In this document: piece by piece, positions 41,331 to 52,872 of the stretch
Layout: each line of letters opens with the position of its first letter
Numbering within the stretch: position 1 is the first letter of the stretch
Assembly: GCA_965603825.1 (NCBI GenBank)
Contig: CBFDEM010000013.1
Location: 248,001 to 312,000, forward strand
Reading direction: 5' to 3'
Length of the DNA stretch: 64,000 bases
DNA from: Blepharisma stoltei ATCC 30299
Lineage: Eukaryota > Protista > Ciliophora
The notes under the pieces: model-generated
Seen by the model: only the letters and a program-made list of their open reading frames with translations
Told to the model about the DNA's origin: nothing
Database searches by the model: none
Made by a program: the position numbers and the translations under genes

Positions 41331-41753
41331 TTGTGATAAATTATTATAAAGTATCATATTTATTTAATTAGGAAGCTTAAAATATTAAACTAAAGGAATC
41401 ACAGCTAAGAAAAATATTTAAAGATATAGTAATGCTATTGAAAATAATTTTATTATGAATTAGGTTTTGAGTGGATTCAGCATTTTTTATTTATTTTAAA
41501 TTAAGGTTAAGGCTGAAATTTTGATACTAATTAATTGATTTTAAGCTTCTGAGTATGTTAGATTATGAAATTTAGAATATCTCTAAATGGCACTATCATT
41601 GATGAATATAATATTTCAGTCAAATTAAAGTCTTAATGCTAATATATTAATTGCTATTTTTTAATAACACTTTAATAATACTTTAATTGCGAGATATTTT
41701 GAATAATTTATTCTTATTTCAATAAATGACAAAAATTATTTAATATTTGTATT

Positions 41754-43001
41754 ATGAACGGGTTTGAAGAAAATCAAGAAGGAAACAATCTCGATCCAGT
41801 TATGTAATATCTATACAGAGCTATTGACAAGCTGAAAAAACAAAACGAAAAGCTCAGGAGCGAGCTAAAAGTTTTAAGTCGAGCACTTGATGAAGCATTA
41901 GACAAACAAAAGAAGCAGGAAAGAGAAAGAGCCAGAGTTCCGCCTCGAGAAGAAGGCAGCACAGAAACCGAAAAAGAGCTTCAAACCTCTCTTGCCCGCA
42001 TAAACAAATACAAAAAAGACATAGCGAATATGAAAAAGCAATTAGATGGAAATCTTAATGAATCTAAAATAACTGACTTAGAAAACCAATCAAAATACCT
42101 CAGCAAACGAATCCAAGAACTTGAAGCTGAAAACGCATCACTCATGAAAATCGAAAAAGAGCAAAAAAAAGCCCTAGATAGTGCAAATAATGCCCAAGGG
42201 TACCCAGAAAAAGTTGAATCCTTAAAACAAGAAATTAAATCACTGAAAGAAAGATATAGAGAGCTATTATCAAGGCAAAAACAAGACGAAAAAATATTGA
42301 AGGAGCAGCATGAAAAATGTGTGGATTTAGAAGAAAAATGCAGAAAAATCAAAGCTATGATAAAACAGAAAAAGCAAGAAGAAGACGAGCCAAAACCTAA
42401 AGAAATCACTGAAAGAGATATAAGGGAATTAGAAGAAAAAATAAAGGAAACTGAACAGAAGAAAAAAGAAGAAGAACAAAAACTGAAAAAAAGAATAAAA
42501 GAGTTAGAATCTCAGGTAAAAGAAAGCAGGTATAATATCAATACTTTGAACATCAAATTGAAAGAAAAAGACCAAGAATGCAGATTAAGTATGCTCAAAA
42601 TAAAAGAGCTGAGGAGAGCAGTTAGACATAATCAGCTTAAGCCAATTCCAAGGCCAGAAAACAATGAAAGTGTGAACAACAGTCGCCAAAAAGTTATGAA
42701 ATCACAAGAGTCAATAAATTCCAAGAATTCAGATGAAAATATAAGATTCAGCAGAGAAGCAAGAAAAATCAAAGATTTGAAATCCAGAAACGAAAAAAGC
42801 CAGGAATCTGGATCTGATATTGATGAATATCAAGGTGAAATTGGCAGAGACACTCCTCAAAAATCATCATCTGTTAGTCCTCAAGGCACACCCCAACAAG
42901 ATTTTTCTGAAAGATTCGAACAGCCTATAGAGCCTGCAAAGAAAGCTGAAGAAGCTGATAAGCCTGCAGTCTTTTCTAAGCCAAACTTTAGACTTCGCTA
43001 A
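41754..43001 (+). CDS. Coiled-coil protein, 410 aa, one intron (41804-41818)
   Basis: ATG 41754; splicing gtaatatctatacag joins it to ORF 42030-43001. Confidence 0.85.
41804..41818 (+). other. 15-nt spliceosomal intron
   Basis: gtaatatctatacag; retention gives an in-frame TAA. Confidence 0.9.
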
Positions 43002-43031
43002 TCATTGATACCTCTAAAAAATTGTTTACAA

Positions 43032-44084
43032 TTATTCTAAATCTTTTACCTTTTTCCCGTCCTGCCAGAGAGCTTTTTTTACTTCACCGTTAGTCAAAAT
43101 ATACGTTCCTTCTCCATGCTGTCTGCCATTTCTCCATCCCCCTTTATATTGTTTTCCGTCAGCCCACGTATAAGTCCCATGCCCATGCTTTTTATCAACA
43201 CTATATTCCCCATCATATTTTCTTCCGTCCTTTCATGTATAAACACCTTTTCCATGCATGTTATTATTTGTCCATTCTCCTTCATACTTTCTTCCATCAA
43301 GCCATGTATAGCAGCCTCATCCGCTGATTTTATTTTCTACCCAATGTCCCACATATCTGCTACCATCACTCCATGCATACAGCCCAAAGCCATTTTTCTT
43401 CCCATTATGATAGAAGCCTTGAAATCTGCTTCCATCAGCCCATTCTTCAACACCATATCCTTCTTGGAGATCATTTTTTCAGTCTCCTTCATAGCATGCT
43501 CCATTTTGGTGACGATACACTCCCTTTCCATTTGTTTTTTCGTCTTTCCACTGGCCTTCGAATATATCTCCATCAGTATGCCAAAATTTGCCATGGCCGT
43601 TTGCTTTATTGTCTTTTCATTCGCCTTCATACTTTGCACCATCTGGCCATATTTGGCAGCCTTGGCCATCTCTATTATTTCCTGTTCACTGGCCTTGGTA
43701 GACTGCTCCACTTTTATAGGTGAAAGGAGGTCTGTGCTCTTTTTGAGCTGAGCTGGAATTGGATATAAATGCTGGTTTGTCTTCAGTTAAAAAATGATTT
43801 CTAGGGGCAGCTTTGTTTTTGGATAGATGGGAGTAAAGCTTTCGTACTTGGTAGCCTCTTCATAAGGCTTGAAGCTTAATAACTGAAGATTCTAAGCTTT
43901 TCTGAAGTGGGCTGGGATTTATTTTTGGGGCGGAAAATGATTTTGATGAGAGTTTGGTGATGTCAGTCTGAAGAGAGCCGAAACTTAAATCGTCGGCTAG
44001 GTTGTCTTGTTTGAGAGCTAAATCGAGATGCAGCTCTGATTCTTTGCTAGTGCATGTGCAGTTTGAACAATTAACTTGACCCAT
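43032..44084 (-). CDS. N-acylated IQ-motif plus MORN-repeat protein, 350 aa, 6 TGA=Trp
   Basis: MGQVNCSNCTC, IQ motif IKLQAL-W(TGA)-RGYQVRK, then about 9 MORN repeats (WPDGAKYEGEW, DGRKYEGEW). The true frame is mostly absent from the ORF track. Confidence 0.92.
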
Positions 44085-44277
44085 TTTAATTTAAGTGAGT
44101 CATCATTCGACAGTTTGGAAAATAAATCATATTAAGTATCAATAATTTAAGTAAATTTATTAATCAGCAAATCAAATAATTAGTTATTATTTTATGAGCC
44201 TTCACGATTCCCTATAAAAACTCAGCAAATATAATTATGCAAGGGATTCTCTTGCTAATTATATAAATTAATCACTA

Positions 44278-45432
44278 TTATTCATTTAAGAATGAAGCAA
44301 TGTCACTGTTACCAAATCCTTCAGGCTTAGGAGGCACTCCCTCTACTTCTATTAGCGCGAAATGGTCAATTTTTAAATTACAAACGTTGACCCCAACATT
44401 TGACAGCATTGTGTCAGTGAAGAAATGCTTCATCTCTTCCCAAGCCCTCTGGCACTCAGCGTCATGCTTGCTTTTCTTACAGCAGTAAATATTGGCTCTC
44501 TTGCAAATAGTTTCAGTGCTTGCCTCTGCGAAAAAGAGTTCAATAAACAGCAGATAAGCTTTTTGAACAGCAGGCTTAGAAAAGTATGACTTCACGTACG
44601 CATTATTCCAACTCTTATGCTCAGCCTCTGCATTTCTTTTGCATTTACCATCTGTATTTGGGCCTGATTCGGTTTTTGACTCTTCTTTCAAGACATCAAA
44701 GTAATCGAAAAAATGCTGCTTTATTTCTCCGATTATCCGGATAATTTCCTGGCTTTTAACGTCCAGATTTTTAATTACCTTGGCAAGAGGTCGATTGTTT
44801 TGAATTTGTCTAAGGACTTTTTTATGCGCTCGAATTAGCTGAGCTCTTATATACTCTTTTTTTGGGTGTTTGGTTTTATCTTTATTATAATATTTCATTA
44901 AGAAAATTGTATCATCATGGTATCGGGTTGAAAAATTTGCTCTGTCAACACTTAGTTTGATTCCAGAAACCGAGCCTTCAGTGACTTTTGAGTTCCTATT
45001 CCTGCTACTATTCATGCTTTGAGCACTGCTTAAACTGCTGCTGAGAATACTGCTATTGACACTTGTAGTAGATTCATATTGCTCCTCATCCATTAAATGT
45101 TCTTCTTCATATCTTCAAGGCTCATGAAAATTTACCCCATTGTAACATAAATTTTGGAAATTATTCTGGTCGGGGTGTTCATCTTTCAGCTCCCATGAAG
45201 GCTCTATTTTATCAAAATCATCAACTTTTTCCTCTTCTATAATAGGAGCCAGAGAATGATCACTAAAATTATTAAAAACTCTTGGATCTAAATAATCAGT
45301 GCTACCATCGGCAAATGGTTCTGTATGAATCGAAGAGATGGTGTCTATTTCTTCAGTTGGAACTAAAGATAAGTTGCCCATTTTGGAGGTAAGAGAAGAG
45401 GTCGAGCTTTGTGAAAAATTTTCTTGAGCCAT
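44278..45432 (-). CDS. Unknown-family protein, paralogue 1 of tandem array, 384 aa
   Basis: Two track ORFs joined by TGA 45115; acidic/Ser-rich N-terminus, then PKKEYIRAQLIRAHKK, KTESGPNTDGK, C...CCKKSKHDAEC...W. Confidence 0.88.
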
Positions 45433-46368
45433 ATTATGAATCTACAGATTAAGTTTAGTTAACTTATTGTATTCCGCATTTTTATTATTGCCATTACAAC
45501 TTCCTGCCAAGTAGTTTAGACCTCCCCATCTGGTTAAAATTGAGCCTACCACCTTTTAATTCTACCAGCTATCTCTTACACATTTCTGACGTGATTTTAA
45601 ATATTTAAATTAGGACATCTAGCCTTCATTGCTAATGTATAGTACATATGAAAAATTTATGCTGAAATCTTATTAGAGATCGAGAAGCTAAATATATTAT
45701 TATCATAGATAGAAGGTTTGGATTTGAATGAGGTAGGGCTTGATTTCTTGAATGGCAACTCATTCATTTTCTGATTGAGGATTGCTGCCTAATTTTTATT
45801 TAGCTTGAAACGCTTTCAAGTGTTTGTTTTCAATTTTTTCTTGCTTTTAATAAGAAATCTATTATTTTTGTCTTTGGAGTCCTTTTCCTTTGAAAATTGA
45901 CTTGATAAAGAACTATATTTTTGGAATATTCTAATTTTGAAAGGCTCACAAATATTTTTAATATATCTTTAAATGTTTAACAAGGCTTTAAATCCATAAT
46001 TTGTTCACGTGTTTGCAATCAATTTAAACAGCAAGTTAGACACAATCCTATAATAAAATAAGCTTTGATTTTATATCTGCTATGCTATGAGAAAACTCTC
46101 TCCAAATTAGCCTTGGTCATTATAAATATTCAAAGTTTTGCTTTAGCGTTTTAGGATAAAATTTAATGGATAAACTTACTCTCTGCAAATTCGATTATAT
46201 TATCCAGTAGAGAAATCATTTTATGCTTATACACCTTATTTTAATTTTATAGAATAGGATAAATTAATAGACATTAATTAATATGAAAATAAGAGGTGGC
46301 AAGTAATCAAGCTATATAGTCAATTTTTTAATTCTAATTCGAAGAAATTTTTATTAGTTAGCAGAGCC

Positions 46369-47391
46369 TTATCTGGTGTAGTCGTTAAGAATTTCCTCAT
46401 TTTCAGCCTTTGGCCGATTTCTCTCGCTTTCTTTTTTTATAAGATCTTCAATAATTGTATCTTCTTGTCAGTATTCTGGAGGAAATCAAGGTGTAACTTC
46501 TTTAAGGTCTCGAATCATATATTTATTCAAATAGTAATGCAAGCTCTGCCATTTCTTAACGCATAGCTCTGAATGCTTACCATCTGGAGCACAACAAAGC
46601 ATTTTAAATCTATTGCACAGCAAGCTAGGGTTTGCTTCAGCAAAAATAAGTTCTATGTACCAGAAATAAGATTCAAGAATTCCTTCTATTGAGAAGTAAA
46701 ATATACAAAATTTATTATTGCAGCTGTTGGCATCACTGCTAGAGACATTTGCTCTTTTTGCTCTGCCGTCAGTTTTTGGGCCATTTTCTGTTTTACAGCT
46801 TTCGCTGATTGTTGAAATGTTCCGTAGGCAGATCGCTCTTAAAACATTTCATATATCTAGACACATACCATTTCTAGAGACAAAAGCATGCAAGCCCTTT
46901 TTAGGAATTTGACCTTGGATAATTTCCCTATTAGCTCTTTTGTGACCTCTAAGAACACGCAACCTTACATACTCTTTTTTTGGCCTTTCTCCTTGCCTTT
47001 TTCTTTTGAACTGCCCTAGGACGAGGCTGTCTGGCCCAAGCCTTCTTCTTTTTTTTTCTGGAACCATAGCAGTAGGTGTTAGATCTACGGCCCCCAATAT
47101 TTGCCCTTCATACGCATTTTCTTCTTGGCTCTGGCTATTTGATACAGAACTCTTATTGCTATACTCAAAGTATGAGCTCGCTTCATCAACACAAATGCCC
47201 TCTAAGTCAATATTTTCGAAGTCTCTTGGGTCTCATTGAGGAGGAATTTGATAAGTCGCAATGTGGTGATGGACAAGGGACTCTTGAATAAAAAAAGTTT
47301 CAGAATCTAGATCAACAGAGTTCTGTTCAGGGAAATTTAGGCCTATTTGATTGGATTTATCTTCTTCATTGCTTTCGCTGTCGTAGCTCAT
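46369..47391 (-). CDS. Unknown-family protein, paralogue 2 of tandem array, 340 aa, 4 TGA=Trp
   Basis: Manual translation from ATG 47391 to TAA 46369: PKKEYVRLRVLRGHKR, KTENGPKTDGR, YFWYIELIFA, LCNRFKMLCCAPDGKHSELCVKKW. Confidence 0.9.
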
Positions 47392-47730
47392 ATTTTGTTA
47401 AGCGTAAAAATGTAGGATCCTTATATTCTACTTTCTGAGGAAAAATCTTCAAAAATAATAATAGGATTTGCAGTCAGAAGAGCAATGATTATGCAAGAAA
47501 AGCAAATATCGAATAAATTCCAAGTAAATATCTCTATTCAAGGCTATAAGAAAAAAAAATTCAGTCTTTTCCCTTTTTGTCATCTTAAATTCTATTATTT
47601 ACTATGAGGATTTCTATATTAGAAAATTCACTAGATGCCAAGAATCCGCGATACTCATATATTGCATTTATGCTATCCAAATGATAAAATTAAGCAAAAG
47701 ATACTGTTTATTGCAATTAAATTGGCTAAG
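47392..47730 (-). promoter_or_regulatory. Conserved 5' flank of paralogue 2 (homologous to 49209-49540)
   Basis: Collinear alignment by eye, e.g. aaaaatgtaggat.cttatattct.ctttctg.ggaaa, aatcttcaaaaataat, tttccctttttgtcatctt.aattcta. Confidence 0.7.
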
Positions 47731-48191
47731 CTTTTTATGTTTTATAAAAATTAGCAAAAACTTTGTATAAAATTGGTATTCATTTTTAAAGATTTCTACT
47801 TGACCAGATAATTCGTATTACGAGCCTAGCAAATAGTAGAGGCTATTAGCATGTGCAATTGATTTACAATTAATATCCGTTGAGTTATGAAGCGAACATT
47901 TTAACTTTAAAAATTAGTAAACAATAATATCGCAACAGCTTCACTATATGCGAAAAAGATAACTATATATTTTAATTTTCTTACTGGTAAACTTAGTAGA
48001 TTGACATATTAATTTAAGTCAACGATATAAGATCTTTTTGATAGATATTAAAATAAAAAATGCTAACAAAGCAAATATTGTCATTAGACTGTTAAGAAAG
48101 CGGCTTAGTAAAAGGAAGCAAAAAGCATTTAAAATAATCTTTTAATATTATAAGAACCAATTTAAGTAGAATTTCTATTATTTAGCAAAAC

Positions 48192-49208
48192 CTATAAAGT
48201 TGATTGCCTTAGAATATCTTCACTTTTTTGCTCATGCTGTAATCTCTCATTCTCAACTTGCTCCAGATATTCAAGTGTGTAATTTTTTTGATGGTATCCA
48301 TCAGGGAATCAAGCTTTCATCACAAGGCCTCTAGTTGTAAGATCTCTAATCATAATATCATTTAAATAAGCATGCAAATACTGCCATTTATTCGTACACT
48401 CATTTGAATGCGGGCCATAACAACAAAACATCTCAAATTTTCTGCAAAGCACGCTAGGGTTTTTGTTCGCAAAGATAAGTTCGATGTACCAGAAGTAAGA
48501 CTCAAGAACTCCTGGGATTGAGAAATAATTCCTGCAAAAATTATTGTTGAAGCTTTTCGCTTCATCACCCGAGATGATTTTCTTTCGGGATTTGCCATCA
48601 GTTGCAGGCCCGCTTTCTGTTTTGCAGCTTTGACTGATTGTTGATTTGTATCTCATGCAGGTTTCTGATAGAATTCTCCATATAAGTGGATACTGAGAAT
48701 TTTGGGTGGGTTCAAAAGCATGCAGAGCGTTGATAAGCGGAGTTTGATTTTTGAAAATTTGTCGATGCGCTTTTTTATGGCCTCTAATAACACGGAGTCT
48801 AATATACTCCTTTTTAGGGGTTTTTTCTGTCCTTGTGAAGAAATTTGATAGGATTAAACTGTCTAGCCCACGCTTTCTCCTTCTTTCAAGGGCTACAGTA
48901 GGTGTTAAGTCTATGTCCCCAAGCATCTGTCCTTCATACACATTTCCTTCTCGACTCTGACTATTTGCTGCTGAGCTCATCTCGCTGCACTCATAGTTTG
49001 TAATCTCTTCATCACCTTCAATGCCATCAATATCAATATTTTCCAAGTCTCTTGGCAATGGGTCAGTAATAATTGGGTGGAAAACAAATTGACTGTGATC
49101 AAGGACATTTTCGATAACTAAAGTTCCAGAGTCCAATCCTGTAGAGCTCTGGGAAGGGGAAAATAGATTTGGTTTGTCTCCGTCACTGCTCTTATCTCTG
49201 CTATTCAT
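48192..49208 (-). CDS. Unknown-family protein, paralogue 3 of tandem array, 338 aa
   Basis: PKKEYIRLRVIRGHKK, KTESGPATDGK, YFWYIELIFA, LCRKFEMFCCYGPHSNECTNKW. TGA 48309 read as Trp (WFP, as in paralogue 2) extends the frame to TAG 48192. Confidence 0.9.
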
Positions 49209-49540
49209 ATTTTGTTAAACCTAAAAATGTAGGATTCTTATATTCTGCTTTCTGCGGAAATAATCTTCAAAAATAATTAATCGAATTAGCAGTCATAAGA
49301 ACAAGGATTATGCCAAGAAATACAAATATCAAATAAATCTCTCTAAAAGTAGCTACAAGACAAATATTTTCAGCACATTTCCCTTTTTGTCATCTTGAAT
49401 TCTATATATTACCATCAAGATTTCTATATATGAAAATTCAGATAATGACAAGATTGAGTGATACTTAAATATTGAGTTTATGATTTCCAGATAATAAATC
49501 TAAGCAAGAGATGCTGCCTATAACAATTAAATAGGCCATG
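49209..49540 (-). promoter_or_regulatory. Conserved 5' flank of paralogue 3 (homologous to 47392-47730)
   Basis: Same alignment as for 47392-47730. Confidence 0.7.
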
Positions 49541-49884
49541 GAATTATTATTTTGTTCAAAACGACGAAAAAAGCTGTTTAGTCTATAATGGTTAACTTAT
49601 AAAATACAACTATTTTATAGCTCTAGAAAGCTTAGAGCCAAAAGAATTCAAGCGCAAATATGAGAATAGAATTTATGCATATATAATTTTAAGTTATGCG
49701 AAAAGAAAAAAATTCATTTTAAATATTTAAATTGAATAAATCGATAGTAATAGCCAAGTTTAAAGAGCTATAATCCAAGAAATTTGCATTTTTGTGAATC
49801 TTAGCTAAACTGTTTCCGTTAATTTTTCAATTAAAATTTTCTTCATGAAACATCCATGAATAATGATAAATTAATTAAATTACT

Positions 49885-50508
49885 ATGGATAGAAAAAGAC
49901 AGCGAAAATTCCAAGGAATGCAGTGGATTTTTCTTAAATCTGAAAAACTCCAACCAAAAAACAATATGAGTATGATAGACAGCATACTTTCCCAGCTGGA
50001 AGAAAACTTTGACGATGATTTTGAAGAAATCACTAATTTTTCATCATCAAATTTTCAAGCTAAAGATACTTCAAGAGCAAAGATAAACGAGACCTCAATA
50101 CGAGATAAATACACTTTAGCTCATATTGATGATGTTCCTTCAAAATTATATAAAAACCCTCACATAGAGCTTGAAGAAATTGAAAATTCATCAAATTTTG
50201 AACAAAAGCCTTTCCACAATTTAAGCTTCACTAGCAAACCAAAAATCAAGAAGAAATATCTCCATTCATCTAGTCATGAAAGACCTAAAACAATGGAGAT
50301 AAGAAAGGTTATAATTCCTCCTAAACAGATTCCACGAATTCCTCAGGTTGGGCAGGATACTCCTTTTAACAGACGAAAAAGTTACGGAAAATGGTTTTTG
50401 CGCCCTCAAGAATGAAATAATTCTTTACATTACTTTTTAGAGCATTCTACGAAAAAAAATAATTCCTTTAGAATGAAATCTCAGGAGATTTATAAAATGT
50501 CTGTATAG
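49885..50508 (+). CDS. Hypothetical protein, 207 aa
   Basis: ORF extended through TGA 50413 (SYGKWFLRPQE-W) to TAG 50506-50508. Confidence 0.7.
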
Positions 50509-50543
50509 AGGAGATAATTTCATAATTATAATATTTAATTAGA

Positions 50544-50690
50544 ATGGTAAATAGTGAGACCTTAGAGGATGCTGTACTGATTGAGTGAATTGTGCTTAAC
50601 TCTATATTGCTTGCTGTAATTGCAGTACTCTTGTTGAAGCATTATCATGAAAAGAGAAAACAAGTCCGTGAAGGATTGCTAAATGGATAA
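50544..50690 (+). CDS. Candidate 48-aa single-pass membrane microprotein
   Basis: MVNSETLEDAVLIE-W(TGA)-IVLNSILLAVIAVLLLKHYHEKRKQVREGLLNG; GC-richer than flanks; acidic-TM-basic layout. Confidence 0.65.
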
Positions 50691-50772
50691 AATGCGATCT
50701 ATAATTAAATAGCTATATTTTTCAAATTTGTTTATTTAATGATTTAGAGAAGCTATGACTTATTTTTATTCT

Positions 50773-51330
50773 TTACTTTCCATTTTGGAAAGAAGGTTTA
50801 AATTCTTGAGCATAAGGATTTAAAGGGATTGATTCCAAAACCTTAGATAAATCATTTGCTCTATTTGCTGGCACTTTTTCATAATTATATGAATTTTTGC
50901 CAGAGATATCTTTTAAATCATCAACTTCTCCATAATTGAAGTTTTCTTTGATTTTGTGATTTAAATGATCAAAGCTATCCCCTAATCCATCAAAAAGTAT
51001 GTTTGATTCTTTGCTAATTCCTTTATCTCCCAAGCCATTATTTGCAAATGCAAATTTTTTTTTATCTTCACCTAAATCTAAGTTATTTTTCTTCAATTTT
51101 GAAGCTTGTGGCCTGAAAGCTTTATTAATTTTTTTCTTTTTGGTAGATTTTTTTATTGTCATTTCTTTGATTGGTTTTCAATCCTCAGGTGGCTTTAAGC
51201 AAATAGGAAGGAGGCTAAGCATGATATTTCTGTTGTAGAACTTTAAGTTAGACTTCTTTCCTTGAACTTTTCATACCAATACCAAGCTGATTACAGCTAG
51301 AATCACATAAAAGGCAATGTGATCAAGCAT
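50773..51330 (-). CDS. Signal-anchored protein with C-terminal PAM2-like motif, 185 aa, 2 TGA=Trp
   Basis: ATG 51330 gives MLDHIAFYVILAVISLVLVWK; C-terminus IPLNPYAQEFKPSF. Confidence 0.75.
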
Positions 51331-51386
51331 TTTTTGAATTTAAATTTTACTATGAAATGATTCATGCTATTTAAATAAACACTGCA

Positions 51387-52766
51387 ATGGCGCACTGGAG
51401 TATACGATCTTCTGATTCTATTTCTCCCCGAGACGATAATTACTATATGACTCAAGTTGACATTATGAAATCCAGCCTTAAAGAAACCGAATTAAGCTTA
51501 GTTAGGTCGCTTGAAAAAAATGCAATGCTAGTCACAAAACTAGAAGAAGCCCAAGATGAAATTGAAAGGAGTCATGACCAATTAGAAAATCAAGCATTAC
51601 TAGTCAAAAGTTTAAAACAACGCTGCCAAGAACTAGAAAGCCAAGCAAGAATTGAAGAGCAGCCTGAAGAATGGGAGATACTTAACTATAAAAAGCAAAT
51701 AGAGGTAAGGGAAAACCAAATAGATGAGCTTGCACAGGTAATAAGATGCAAAGAAAGAGCTATTGAGACCCTTACTTCAAATCAAGTGTTTTCACAAGAA
51801 CAATTTGAAGGAATGAAGCAAGAGTTGGAGGAAAAAACTAAAGAGCTGGAATTATTACAAAGAAGGCTGAGATTTACAGAGAAATCGATTGATAACCTTT
51901 ATTTAAATAATAGGACAGAAGGAGAACTGATGCTGGAAGTTGAGCACATGAGGAATGATAATAAGAGGCTTTTGGAATTGTTAAACCAAACCCAAGAATA
52001 TAAACACTTAGCTCAATATTTAGAAGACAGCAAAGGAGCTCATTACGTTCAATCTTCTAAAAGATCTAAAAAAGGACAAAAGACAGACGAGCTCGAAAAT
52101 TGGGTGCCTCAAGAAATTTTCAAATTAATTGATGTTTACAAAAAGAGCCCAAATGAGCTTACTGATAACGTCCTCCACACACTTGTATTAGAATTAAATA
52201 CAGTTTGAAGAGAACGAGAGCGAACTCAAATCGAAAAATTAAAAAATAAATACAAAACCCAAATTTTGGACTTAAAAAGGCAGCTTTTCATGAGGCAGCC
52301 ATATGATACTATAAAATCCCAAAAGAAAGTTTCTTATCTCAAAACTGAGCTCAAAAAGGTAAATGATGATTTGAAACAAAATTTCTCCTCAAAAACCACA
52401 AAGCTTGGCCCTGGAATTGATAGCATAGAAAGTACCTTGAAATTAATTAGCAAGCTCCAAGAAGAAAATAACAAGTTAAAACGTGAAATAGTTTTGTTGA
52501 AGAAAAAAACAGAAAACAACGATAATAAGTCAAAGCTTATAGAAAGCATGGGAAAATTAGGAGAACAAGTAATACAAGAAAGCACAAAAATGCATCAGCT
52601 TATTAATAATTTATTAACTGAATTTGAAGAAAATCCAGGCGGAGAGAAAGGGAATACAAAGAGAGAATGATTACTGGTAATAGATATGCAGGATAATATA
52701 GAAAAAATTGTAGGAACATTCAGTGGGAATGTGGAGGTGCTAGTTGACAGCACATACAGAGGATAA
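51387..52766 (+). CDS. Coiled-coil protein, ~454 aa, 2 TGA=Trp, probable intron 52677-52691
   Basis: Track ORFs joined via TGA at 52206 and 52668; TAA at 52764-52766. Confidence 0.85.
52677..52691 (+). other. Probable 15-nt intron, in frame and stop-free
   Basis: gtaatagatatgcag fits the consensus (TA at 9-10, YAG end). Confidence 0.65.
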
Positions 52767-52872
52767 TTAATGTTTAATACTAAAAATTTTAATTCATAAA
52801 TGGATGCTTTTATAGGCCATTTAACGTTCTTAAGCATTTTTGCATTTTGATACAGCCATATTATAACGTAAA

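Noticed and set aside
43094-43751. Four overlapping track ORFs (43094-43300, 43116-43751, 43337-43711, 43373-43723)
   Set aside because: They are shadow frames of the MORN gene 43032-44084, whose true frame is interrupted only by TGA.
44278-49208. Array as an intact transposon or integrated virus
   Set aside because: No terminal inverted repeats, target-site duplication, DDE/tyrosine-recombinase motifs or viral hallmark genes are visible.
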